From NCBI RefSeq assembly GCF_963921235.1, contig NC_086097.1, forward strand, positions 16,554,001-16,618,000: a stretch of 64,000 nucleotides of DNA, read 5' to 3'. Position 1 is the stretch's first letter; the number at the start of each line of letters is the position of its first letter. Both the position numbers and the translations under genes were made by a program. Below, piece by piece: positions 38,401 through 49,722 of the stretch. This DNA comes from Mobula hypostoma. Lineage: Eukaryota. Under the pieces are notes generated by a model. That model ran no database searches, had not been told where the DNA came from, and saw only the letters and a list, made by a program, of their open reading frames with translations.

Positions 38401-39231
38401 TGAATGAAAATTTGTATCCAAAAAAAATTGAATCTGCTTTTTCATAAGATCACAAAAATCTTGACGTTTTAATAATGTTGAATTAAATCTCCATCTATAA
38501 GCCACTTCTTCCTTATCAGCCATTATTATTGTCATTAATAAAGGGGAATGATCTGATAATATTCTTGCTTTATATTCCATATTTTTCACTCTGTGTTGAA
38601 TATGCATTGATAATAGAAAAAAATCTATCCTTGAGTAAGTTTTATGTCTATGGGAATAGAATGAATAATCTCTTTCTTTAGGACTGATTCTTCTCCATAT
38701 ATCAATCAAATTTAAATCCTTCATCATTGATAAAGTTAAATTTACTACCCTCGATTTTATAACAGCCTTGGTTGATCTATCTAAGACAGGGTCTAAGCAA
38801 AAATTAAAGTCTCCTCCAATTAATATTTTTTCATGTGCATCTGCCAAATTCAGAAAAGCTTCTTGTATGAATTTTGCATTATTTTCGTTTGGTGCATAAA
38901 TATTCATAAAAGTCCATAGTTCAGAAAAAAGTTGACAATGTATAATCACATAACTCCCCGCAGAATCAGTTATTACATTTTGTATTCTAATTGGTAACGT
39001 TTTATTGATCAAAATTGCTACTCCCCTCGCTTTTGAATTAAATGTAGCTGCAACAACACTACCCACCCAATCTCTCTTTAGTTTCTGATGTTCTGTTTCT
39101 GTTAGGTGCGTTTCCTGTAAAAAAGCTAAATCTATCTTCATTTTTTTAATATGCGTTAAGATTCTTTTTCTTTTCACTGGTCCATTAAGCCCATTAACAT
39201 TAAAACTCAAAAAATTCAATAAATTAGTCAT
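35447..39231 (-). pseudogene. L1 ORF2 (APE endonuclease + reverse transcriptase + C-terminal Cys region), frameshifted near 36380 and 35800
   Basis: SFNVNGLN, LQETH, GGDFN, SDH (EN); YRPISLLN, LDAEKAFDR, RQGCPLSP, LFADD (RT). Continues in ORFs 35773..36336 and 35447..35758. Confidence 0.93.
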
Positions 39232-39686
39232 TATTCTTAACAAAGTTACTCCAATCTAAAACATTACTTATCTTCTCAACTCTCATAGTTCCCTGGGGAA
39301 TCTCTTTAAACTTCACCATGTTGCTATGTGTTTCCCTCCCAACCTTCCAGGCAAAAAGAAAAAAAAAAGAAATACAAAAAAAGAAAAAATACCCCCCACT
39401 AATGTTGTGAATGAAAAGATACACAACACTACCCCCTCCATTTTACGGGTCGTGGCAAAAGCCACGCTTGCACACATGATTAGCGTAGCAATTGATCAGT
39501 GCTTCTTCCAGCTCCCCCGCAACAAAAAAAATTATATATATATAGACAAAATTAGTGTTACTATTCCCAACTAATATTCCTCCAGTTTTAACCTTTCTTA
39601 CCCACCTCGTATAATTAATAATATATTTATACATTCATCCAGCTTCAAAAATCCAACAAGTCCATTCTTTAACCCAATCTTCATCT

Positions 39687-40806
39687 TCAATCTATCTCGC
39701 TCCCCTGGATTTGTTCTTGTATCTGGTGAATATTCAGAGAATCTCGCACAAACTGCTCTGCTTTCTGGTAGTCATCAAAAAATCTTTTTTCTCCACCAGG
39801 CAAAAAAATCTTAAAGGTTTCAGGATAACGCAGTATAAATTGATAACCATGATCCCATAGGGTTTTTTTCACTGGATTAAATTTCTTCCTTCTCTTCAAA
39901 AGTTCATAACTTATATCAGGGTAGAAAAAAACTTTGTTCTCTTTAATCATCAATGGCCCTTTTCTATCCTTGGCAGCTCGAGCAGCTGCCTGTAGAATCC
40001 TTTCCTTGTCTTGACATTAAGAATTTTATTAAAATCGATCATGGATATTGGTCATCTTTTGGTTTTGGTCTTAGAGCTCTATGTGCCCGCTCAATTTCAA
40101 TTGGTCGAACCTCCTCTTCCATTTGCAAAACATCCGGGATCCATCTTTGAAAAAATTCTATTGGTTTTTCTCCCTCCGTACCTTCTTTAAGACCAACAAT
40201 TTTAATATTATTACATCTACTGAAATTTTCCAACATGTCCATTTTCTCTAAGAGTCGATTTCTTTCCGAGTTCCAGACAAGCAGATCATTTTCTGTTTTT
40301 TCCACTCTATCATTCATATGCCCCATTGCTCTTTCCATCTTCTGAAGCTCCTTATCCATTTTGTCCTGTCTTTCCATAACTTTATTATAGCACATCTTCG
40401 TATCTCTAAGCTCTTCTCTTACTTTTCTTAGTTCAGCCGTTAATTGCAATATAGCCTCTCTTATGTCTCTATCATCTCCTTTATTTCCAATCGTTTCCAA
40501 TTCTTCCTCCTCTTCTTCATCTGTGTTCTCTGCAGAATCCAATTCTGACTCTGAGTCATTTTCAATTGCAGTGGCTGTCGGTTCTTGTAGTTTGCGTTGT
40601 GTCGATTTGCGCGTGCACTCTTCTTTGCGCATGCGCATTTCCGGTATCTTCTTCGGAGAAACCGTTACCACCGCCATTGCTCCCTGTTCTACCGAAGGAG
40701 ATCCAACCTGAGTCCGAGGCTCCATTGTTGCAGTAGGCCCTTTTCTCTTCCCCTCTCGCGGCTGCTTCGCAACAGCAGACTTCTTTTGTTGCGGTTTAGG
40801 AGGCAT
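39687..40806 (-). pseudogene. L1 ORF1p (coiled coil + RRM + CTD) with a premature TGA at ~40039 and a frameshift
   Basis: LENFSR.NNIKIVGLKEG, IERAHR and FYPDIS...RRK motifs are split over ORFs 40039..40806 and 39687..39953. Confidence 0.9.
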
Positions 40807-40948
40807 ATCGTAAAGTAGTCTTACAAAGTTTATAACTAGTTTTCAGAAAATATTTATCAACTTTGTTTTGTTTAAACGGTACTTTACTGATTTGTTGCAG
40901 GAGAGCTGGATTTATACGTCTCAATCCCACGTCATCACGTGACGCCCC
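40608..40948 (-). promoter_or_regulatory. Putative L1 internal promoter (E-box/CRE, NRF1, ETS and YY1-like motifs)
   Basis: TCACGTGA and TGACGT at 40929-40942, TGCGCATGCGCA at 40626-40637, ACCGGAAAT on the minus strand at 40637-40645, CCGCCATT at 40671. CpGs are retained. Confidence 0.55.
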
Positions 40949-42019
40949 GGACTTTTGAAACAGCACCGAGTCATGTCATCTGCAGAAATTCTCTGATGAC
41001 TCAGCAATAGTTGGCTGTTTTAAGGGAGGATGGGAGAATCAATACAGGGCCCTAGTGGAGGACTTTGTCAAATAGTGCAAGCTGAATCATCTGCAGCTCC
41101 ACATCAGTAAGACAAGGAAGATGGTGATGGACTTCAGGAAACTAAGCCTGCACTGCTCCTTGTTACTATTAATGGTGAGGGCCTACAAGTGCCAGGGGTG
41201 CACTTGGATGACAGAGTTGAGTGGAGCACCAATACAGAGGCTATGTACAAGAAGGGCCATAGTTTCCTCCACTTCCTGAGGAGTCTGAGGTCCTTTAGAG
41301 TATGCAGGCCCCTCCTTCATATATTCTACCAGCCTGTTGTCACCAGTATAATCTTCTATGCGGCGGTGTGCTGGGGCAATGGCATCAACATGGGTGATGC
41401 CAACAGGCTCAATAACCTGATTGAAAAGGCTAGATCTGTTATAGGAGTCAGACTGGACAAACTGGAGGCTATGGTAGAACAAAGGACCCTACAGAAAACA
41501 CTGGCGATTCTGGACCACCCTCTCACCCTCTGCATGCTACCTTGGCTGAACAGAGGAGCAGTTTGAATAACAGACTAAGACAACTGCACTGCTCCAAAGA
41601 GTACAATATAAGGTCAATCTTATCCGTGGCCATTAGGCTCTATAATGAGTCAACCTATAGCCGGGGAAGTGTTAGAATGTTTGAGGCATATCTGTGCACT
41701 TGTAATGATGCTCTGACACTGTAACTTCCTTTGGGATCAATGTCTAATTGCCCAAATTGTTGCTTGAAGCTTGAGGGGAAGATTACCTGCACCTTTTCTT
41801 GAAAACGGTGACAATATTGTGAGAGAAACAAAACTTTTGATGTTCTCATATATCACTAAGTAGTAAACCTCAGAGGATCTGGGAGAAAATAAATCTGCTG
41901 AACTATTTGGTAACTGAAAGCAAAATTCTGGGTTTTCTCAATAGCTTCTGTTATGATTATATTTTGCACATTACACAACTATATTTTTTATCACACATCT
42001 ACTGTATAAAGTCACTTAC

Positions 42020-45000
42020 CGTAATAACTTCAATTCCTGTGCAGCCTTCAAGATGATTTCATGCTCTCGTTCAGACAATGCTACAATATTTTGGCCATCT
42101 GGTGATTGATCCACCATAGATTTATCAGAGAAAGACAGTGGTGGTTTTTCAGGTAAAGTGGACACATGACCAGGACCTGTCTGGGGTGGCAAATTGTCAA
42201 AGGGTAACCTCCTGTTGTCGGTTTCTGGATATCTTCTGTCATCAATCCGTTCTCTCTGCCAGCCAAACCTGTCTGGAGGATAATTTCGTTCATCTCTCCT
42301 CCAGTCTTGTCTTTCTGGATAGTCCCGACCCCACAACTCCCTTTCCTGGTCCTGACGATAACCTCTTTCAGGCTCCTTCCTCCACTGTTCTTCCCTCCAC
42401 CTGTCTGCTCGCAGATGTAGAGGAGAGAATTCTCGTCCATGACCGTGATGATCCCAATCCTCTGGTCTGTGGAAGTAGTCTCTGTTCCGTTCATTGTCTC
42501 TGTTAAAACCATGTTCATGAGACCTTCCACTCCTGTCAAACTCTTGGTCAAAACCTCTGTCAAAAGATTCATTTGGAGGACCACGGTTTTCCCTTCTATT
42601 TAAAACTTCCTGAGTCAGAGGGGGCCGACGAAGAAGTGACCGTTCATCTCTCCTAAATGTATCGCGCTCATCCCAGAAGTCTGGACCTGTATCTGTCCAA
42701 TTATTCCTTTCCCAGGATAAAGTTCTCTCTCTATCATAATCTGGAGCTCCTCTAGGGCCAGAGAAACGATCATCCATCTGTCTCCTTTCTTCATGATGCC
42801 AAGAGGCTTGCATTTCTGTCCTCTGATATGGTCTCATCTCCGGACCATCAATGTTACTGGGACCATCGCCCTTACGCATAGGGATAAAATCCTTGCCAAT
42901 CTGTGGCTTGTGTTCTGGGCCTTTTTCTTGGTCATTATTCCGACGCATTGGTGCAGATTCAAACCTTTTACCTGTTTCTAATGTTTTTGGCTCGTGCTTT
43001 TCAGATGTTGCCTTTGCAGTACCTGAAGCATTTGAAGACAGCATTTTAGCTGGATCGCTTTGGACCTGAGGAACAGTTACTGAAGGAGTTGCTGCTTCAG
43101 AATCGTCCATTTTTTTTTGAATTTCATGTGATTTAGATAAGTCAGCACTTTTTTTCAACAAATCTTTGCTAACTGAAGTATCTGAATCTTTAGGGTCTGT
43201 GGCAGATAAAGTTGCATGGGCTGGAATTTTTTCATCTACTGGCTTCACTAAAGCCTGTGGTACAGTATCTATGTTTTGTTTCACATCCTTATCTTCTGTA
43301 GTCTCTAAGTTCTTGTCTCCAACAGCTTTTACTTGTTCCTGAACTTGCTCTGAAGATGACTTTAAATCTTGTCCAATTTGCCCTGTTGCAACTTGAGGAC
43401 CTTTACATCTCGAGCTAGGCACAGAGGATCCACTAGGAGAAGGTCCACGAGGACCACTGAATCTCGGTCCCTTTGGTCCATCAAACCGAGGACCAGGACC
43501 TTGAAATCTCCCAGCTGAACCCTCAACTCGTTGTCTAGAACCCTCAAGTCGCTGTCCTGGAACCTGTCTATCAAATCGGTGTACTACGCCTGGTCCCTCA
43601 ATATGTGGCCCGGAACCCTGGCCTTCAAAACGATGCCCTGGGCCTTGTTTCTCAAAGCGACTGCCACCTAGGTTCTCAAAATTCCCAACACCAGGGCCCT
43701 CAAAAAAACTGCCACCTGAACCATCAAAGCATCCACCCCTTGGGCCATCAAAGCGACTATCCTCAGGACCATCAAATCGATTAATTCCTGCACCTTCATA
43801 CTCAAAGCGATTACCTGGGCCTCGTCCTTGACTCTCAAAGCAGTTATCAGGACTCTGGTCCTCAAAATATTTACCTCGACCTTGGCCCCCAAAGCGACCA
43901 CCAGGGCCCTGGTCCTCAAATTGACTGACAGTTGCCTGCTCCTCAAATCTGCTGACTGGTCCCTGTCCCTCAAAATGACCACCTCGCCCCTGATTCTTGA
44001 AACGACCGCCACGTCCCTGACCCTCGAAGTGCCCACCTCGCCCCTGGCCCTCGAAGCGCCCACCTCGCCCCTGGCCCTCGAAGCGCCCACCTCGCCCCTG
44101 GCCCTCGAAGCGCCCGCCTCTACCCTGGCCATCGAAGTGCCCGCCTCGACTCTGGCCCTCAAAGTGCCCACCTCGACCTTGGCCGTCAAAGCGGCCGCCT
44201 CGACCCTGGCCGTCAAAGCGGCCACCTCGACCCTGGCCCTCAAAGTGCCCCCCTCGACCCTGGCCCTCAAAGTGCCCGCCACGCCCCTGGCCCTCAAAGT
44301 GCCCGCCACGCCCCTGGCCCTCAAAGTGGCCGCCTCGCCCCTGGCCCTCAAAGTGGCCGCCTCGCCCCTGGCGGTCAAAACGGCCGCCACGCCCCTGACC
44401 CTCAAAGTGGCCACCTCGCCCCTGGCGGTCAAAACGACCTCCCTGAAGCTGGCCCTCAAAGTGGCCTTCCTGACCTTGGCCTTCAAAGCAACTGCCATCA
44501 CCCAGACCCTCAAAGGGGCCTCCCGCACTATGACTTTCACAATGACCTCCTGGACCGTGGCTTTCGTAGTGGTCTCTGGAACCTGGGCCCTCAAAGCGGC
44601 CTGCTGGACCTGGGCCTTCAAAATGGCCTCCTGGACCTGGGCCCTCGAAGCGGCCCCATGGACCTGCCCCCTCAAAGCGGTTCCTTGGACCCGGACCATC
44701 GAAGCGGCCCCCTGGACCCGGACCGTCAAAGCGGCCCCCTGGACCCGGACCGTCAAAGCGGCCCCCTGAACCCGGACCGTCGAAGCGGCCTCCCGGACCC
44801 GGACCATCGAAGCGGCCTCCCGGACCCGGACCGTCAAAGCGGCCACCCGGACCCGGACCGTCGAAGCGGCCACCTGGACCCGGACCATCGAAGCGGCCCC
44901 CTGAACCAGGACCATCGAAGCGGCCTCCCAGACCCGGACCGTCGAAGCAGCCCCCAGGACCCGGACCGTCAAAGCGGCCTCCAGGACCCGAACTGTCGAA

Positions 45001-46264
45001 GCGGCCTCCCGGACCCGGGCCGTCGAACCGGCCTCCCGGGCCGTCGAAACGGCCTCCTGGACCCTCAAAGTGACTTCCTGGATCCTGGCTCTCAAAATTG
45101 CCTCTTTGACCCTGGCCTTCAAAATGGCTGCCCGGTCCCTCAAATCGGCCACCTGGACCTTCAAAATGGCCCCTCGGTCCTTGGCTGTCAAAATAGTTTC
45201 TTGGTCCTTGGCCATCAAAGCGGCTGTTTGGACCCTCAAAGCATCCACCTTGACCCGTGCCTTCAAAGTGGCCACCCGGACCTTGGCTATCAAAGCGGTT
45301 GCTCACACCTGGGCCCTTAAAATGGCCACCGGGACCCTGACCGTCGAAGCTGCTGCCCTGACCCTGGCCCTCATAGCGACCGTAAGGACCATGGCCATCA
45401 ACACGATTGCCAGATCCATGGCCTCTGAAGCGACCCCTTGGACCATGCCCCTTAAAACGCTGGCCAGGACCTTGACCCTCAGAGCTACTGCTGGGAACTG
45501 AACTCTCAGGACAACTGCCAGGACCTGAACCCTCTAGATGACTGCCGGAACTCTCACTCTTGACACTATTACTTGCAATTTGCCCTTCAAGTTGTTTGCT
45601 GGCATCCTGGGCCTCAACGCTCTTGCTAGGACCCTGGGTCTCAAAGAGAATACCAGTGCTTTGGTTTTCAATGCGGTTACTGGCACCCTGCATTTCAAAG
45701 CAACGATTGGGACTCTGACCCTCAAAGCTATTACCTTGCTTCTTAAGTTCATTACCAGGACCGTGCTTTTCTTGGCAATTAATAGGGCCCTGTGCCTCGA
45801 GGGAACTTCCCTTTTTCTGAAGGAAATTATCCAGCATTTTGTCAGGAACCTGCTCCTTGGTGTTATCTATCTTCTCAAGTTGATTTCCAGAACCCTGCTC
45901 CTCAGGATGCTTAAGCAAACCTTGTTTTTCAAGACAATTACTTGGATCCTGTGTTTGAAATTCATTTTCTGCAACCTGACTCAATGCTTTATCTTCAGGT
46001 TGATGTCCTGGAGCTTTTTCCTCATCTTGTGGCTGCCGAGTTGAATCTTCAACACTTGAACCTCTAACTTCACTTTCAATATGATGAGCTGCAGCCTCTT
46101 TCTCAATGTGCTGTCCAGCACCCTCACCATGCTGGCCCACAGTCTGCCCTTCAAAGCAATGACCTTGAAACGGGGGACCTCTTGAATCAAAGCGTGATCG
46201 AGAAAGGTCTCTCACTCCTGGTTCATCAAATTTGCGCTTTCCTCTTCCATGAGGCCCATCAAAC
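42020..46264 (-). CDS. YLPM1: YLPM1 giant coding exon ~5 (4245 nt; G/F/R repeat region, ends ALSEREHEIILKAAQELKLLR)
   Basis: Acceptor tttgttctgtag, donor CG|GTAAGT, phase 2/2. Corresponds to the 1419-aa ORF 42016..46275. The C-terminal HEIILKAAQELK motif is typical of YLPM1. Confidence 0.95.
43978..44437 (-). repeat. Coding 27-nt tandem array, ~17 units of [HR]F[ED]GQGRGG
   Basis: Visible directly in the DNA (cgcccctggccctcaaagtggccgcct-like units) and in the protein. Confidence 0.95.
44690..45060 (-). repeat. Coding 27-nt tandem array, ~14 units of RFDGPGPGG
   Basis: Visible directly (ggacccggaccgtcgaagcggcctccc-like units). Confidence 0.95.
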
Positions 46265-49190
46265 CTACAGAACAAAAATCAACATTTGATCGCAAGGCCA
46301 ATAGGTCCTTTTAATAATAACTTGAAGCATTCTATAAAATCAGTCTATCTTTTCGTGAAAACGAGTACATCAAGTTGCTTCCACAAATATGTCTTGAATT
46401 ACATATTAAATTAATTGTAAGTCATCAAAAACATGTTTTAAATATAAACACATGAATTTTTTTGCAGATACATATCCAAATCTCCTTTGAATGCTATAGT
46501 TTAATTGGCCTTCATTACTATCCATAATAGTGCTCCGCAGACTCTAATCATTCACTGTATATCAAAGATTTTCATCAAGTCATTTTTGGTTCTTTTTGTC
46601 AATCGCCTCCATGCTACGCTTTCTGGTTCCTGACTCATCTGCCATAGATGATAGTTTCTCTTTCTACCTATACTGTTTATAGGCTTAAATACTTGCATTA
46701 GATCTGCTCATAATCTTCTCTGCTCCAAGGAAAACAACTTATTTGAGAAATATGAGGAAGCCATTCAGAGCATCACAACTGTAGCAACCTTCCAGCTCCA
46801 CCAACCATATGTCTGCATCCTTGCAATTTTTTTTCCTTCATGTACCTCTCACAAACCATGATGGAACCTACTTTTGTCATATCTGCAGGTTGCGCATTCC
46901 AGACTACAATCACACACAAGATTTTCTAATGTCACTGTTAATTCTCTTTATCTTTATTTTTGACTCTAATCATTTAGTAGAAGAACATAAAAAAATAGGA
47001 GCTGGAGTAGCTCACTCTGTCTCAAGTCACCTCCTTGCTATTCAATGGGCTGTAACTCCTCCTCCATGCCAGTTCTCCATTGTGCTGAATTCCCGAATCT
47101 TTCAAATTTTTATCCACCTTCTTTTTAAATACATTGAGTGGTCTCAATTCCAGAACTCTCCAGAATAAAGAATTCCAGAGATTCACCATCCCCTGAGAGA
47201 GGTTCTTCTACATTTCAATTTTAAAAGACCACCATCTAGTAGCCATTTCCCACTAACAGAAACATCTCAAGCTGGGAATGCCCCATTCGGATCTTATATG
47301 TTTCAATAAGATTATTCCTCATTCTTTGAAACAACAAAGAATATAGAGCTATAGTTGCTTGAGACAGAACAAGACTCTGAACCCAAGATGTCCCCTGGTG
47401 AATTAAACCTTCTCAAATCCTTTCTTGAATAAAAGGAGCATTGTACTCCCAGTTTGGTCTCACCATATCCTGTAAGAATAATTCTCTATTTCTACATTCC
47501 AGTCATCTTGCATAAAAGCCAACATATTGCTTGCTTTTCAAACCATCTTGCTAATATTTTGTGATTCATACACAAGAATAATTATATACCTTTGTATTTT
47601 GGTACTTTTGAAAGCTTAATCCACGTAAAATATAGCCTGCCTTTAGACTCCTCTTCCTGAGTTACAAGACCTCACAATTGCCCTCATTATGCTTCTATCA
47701 AATTTCCCCTCAGCTTTCTTGTCTCCAAAAAGTTCTAGCTTCTACATTCTTCAACCCCTGTACCTTTTCAGAACTGTATATTCCCAATATAATTTTGTTA
47801 CTCTTCCTGCCAAAGTTAACCATCTGATAGTTCTCTGAATTAAAGTTCACCTGCCGTGCACCTACTTATTGCATCAGTTTGTTTATAACCTGCTGCCATT
47901 TATCATTACCGCCTTCACAACTTACAATACAGAAAAAAAGCTGATAACCTGACTCCAGACTAACAGACTTTCCAAATTATTGGATCTTGCTCCTATTCGT
48001 GGACAAACATGTTTTTATTTCACTTTCTTTACATGTTATACAATCGTGTAATAAACTTCCCAGTGAACCAAAGGGTACATGAAATATACATGCATTCTAG
48101 GCTCCAGCTTGACTGCAAGTCTATCCATGCTCCTGACCACTCTTATTCCAGACCCAGCTCCACCCGCACATTCAGTCCACAGTCTGGACCCTGATCCTGA
48201 CCGCACTCTAGACTCCTGGCACTGGTCACCCCACTTGTGCTCTGGACTCCGGCTAACATTCTGTGATAATGAACAAGTCTAATTAATACTGATTATTGGA
48301 ATTTCTGAACAGCTGAATGCTGGATCATTGGCATTTTACTTTTAGAGATGGAAACTTGCATGCACAAGTGTAAGTCATTAAAACAGATTTTTTTTTTGGC
48401 TTTAACAGGGATTCCTGCGGCATGCCACTATTAATTTTTTTTCATTCTGCCATTCTGTAAAACAACAGTTTACCATGGTCCTCTGTTACTTATTATTCAG
48501 CTTTGTACCCTGATTATCAATGACTCTTTTTTAAGTAGTGTATTCCTTACAGTGAAGGTTCCCCTTTAATATTTTACTAAAGTCTTCTATCTCCCTTTGA
48601 AAACTTCATATCTTTCTTAGGGTTCATTTCCTGGAACCGGAGTTAATACTGCCATGTGATTAAACCAGTTTTTATAAAGGTTCATCTTGATTTTCATATT
48701 CTTATACACCACTGAGGAGACTGTTTTACTGCCTGAATTGATTCAGTGTAGAAATCTTCTCAGATTGCTTTAGTAGCAAATTTTCAGTCTACAGTGTTAG
48801 TACATTGTTGCATAAATGTACAAAAACTGCTTTTATAAAAAACTACCAGTAGCCTTTTATTTTCCACAATTACACCGCAAAAATAAATCTTTTAGTTTTA
48901 TAAAAATAGAACTAGTAAGTTAGCTTACTAGTTCTCCTGAAACCAGTTAGAATTTAAGGAAGGAAGGATGATTGATTTGAAAAGTTAGAGGTTTGTCTCT
49001 CTCTCCAAAACTGCAAGTGCCTATGTCAAGACCCAAGAACACATCTTTGATTGCTGTATTTCACACTTGCATCAAACATGAGCGTATTCAATCACAATAA
49101 TTAAGGCCAGTCTATGTTACATTCTGAAAATAAAATGTTAATCATAGTTGAAACTAAAAGCATGCATTGGAGCAACCTGTTGTACATAAA

Positions 49191-49447
49191 CTGACTCCAC
49201 CATGGATGGTCCCAAGCCCGGCCGTGATGGGAGAGTTGGGCATGGTGCTAGCAAGCCCCAGATATAAAGACCCAGAGCTACAGAGACTTCAAAGGCCTCA
49301 TTCCTGGGAGAGGAAGGATCTTTATCTGGAAGAAAGATGAAGTTGTGTAGCGAAAGTAGAAGCCACAATCAGCCCAGAACAGAAAACTCTGACGAACTGC
49401 TGTCAGCGGCCTATGCCCCAGTAGGGGTGATGGGCTTAAGAAGAAGC
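49191..49447 (+). mobile_element. Short RTE-derived non-autonomous retroposon
   Basis: Perfect 10-bp TSD TGTACATAAA (49181-90 / 49448-57) and an (AAG)n tail. RTE-like 5' motif ggtcccaagcccgg...gttgggcatgg.gctagcaa and 3' motif ggcctatgcccc. Confidence 0.75.
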
Positions 49448-49722
49448 TGTACATAAATTGCTCTCAAACCTGATGAAACATAAACTTGTTCTATAAGTGG
49501 CACTGATTCCCCTTTTGTCAACAAAACAGAAGCAAACTCAATCATTAATTGCTCGGAGTAGTATTTTCAGACGAAACTGAGTGCACATGAAATATGAGGA
49601 AATAAGGGGGATAGAAGAGGAACTAAAGGTAGAGACACTTGCGTACCCAACACAAATTTAAATGTACAATTATTTCTTCCAGGTTTCAAGAAAATGTGCA
49701 TAAAGTTACTATTTTTAATTAC

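Larger units (their letters stand above)
35207..40948 (-). mobile_element. Full-length L1-clade LINE (~5.7 kb), inactivated, in sense orientation to YLPM1
   Basis: 5' end GGGGCGTCACGTGATGACG, ORF1, ~450-nt spacer, ORF2 with APE and RT domains, and a 3' UTR with AATAAA near 35220. Confidence 0.95.
34880..41750 (+). mobile_element. Rex1/Babar LINE RT fragment split by the L1 insertion (34880-35206 and 40949-41750)
   Basis: LDPLQFAY, F.DFSSAYNTI and WIMDFLTGRPQ lie before the L1. HLQKFSDDSAIVG and YK..GVHLDD lie after it. Confidence 0.85.

Noticed and set aside
43978..45060. Regular 27-nt repeats as a CRISPR-like array
   Set aside because: Contiguous tandem coding units with no unique spacers, inside a vertebrate exon.
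43828..46044. Plus-strand ORFs (313, 220, 143 and 168 aa) antisense to exon 5
   Set aside because: Shadow ORFs of the GC-rich 27-nt coding repeat. No start context, splice signals or domain similarity.
48120..48260. C-rich, loosely repetitive patch in intron 4
   Set aside because: No stable period, TIR, TSD or ORF support. Probably an old repeat remnant that I cannot classify.
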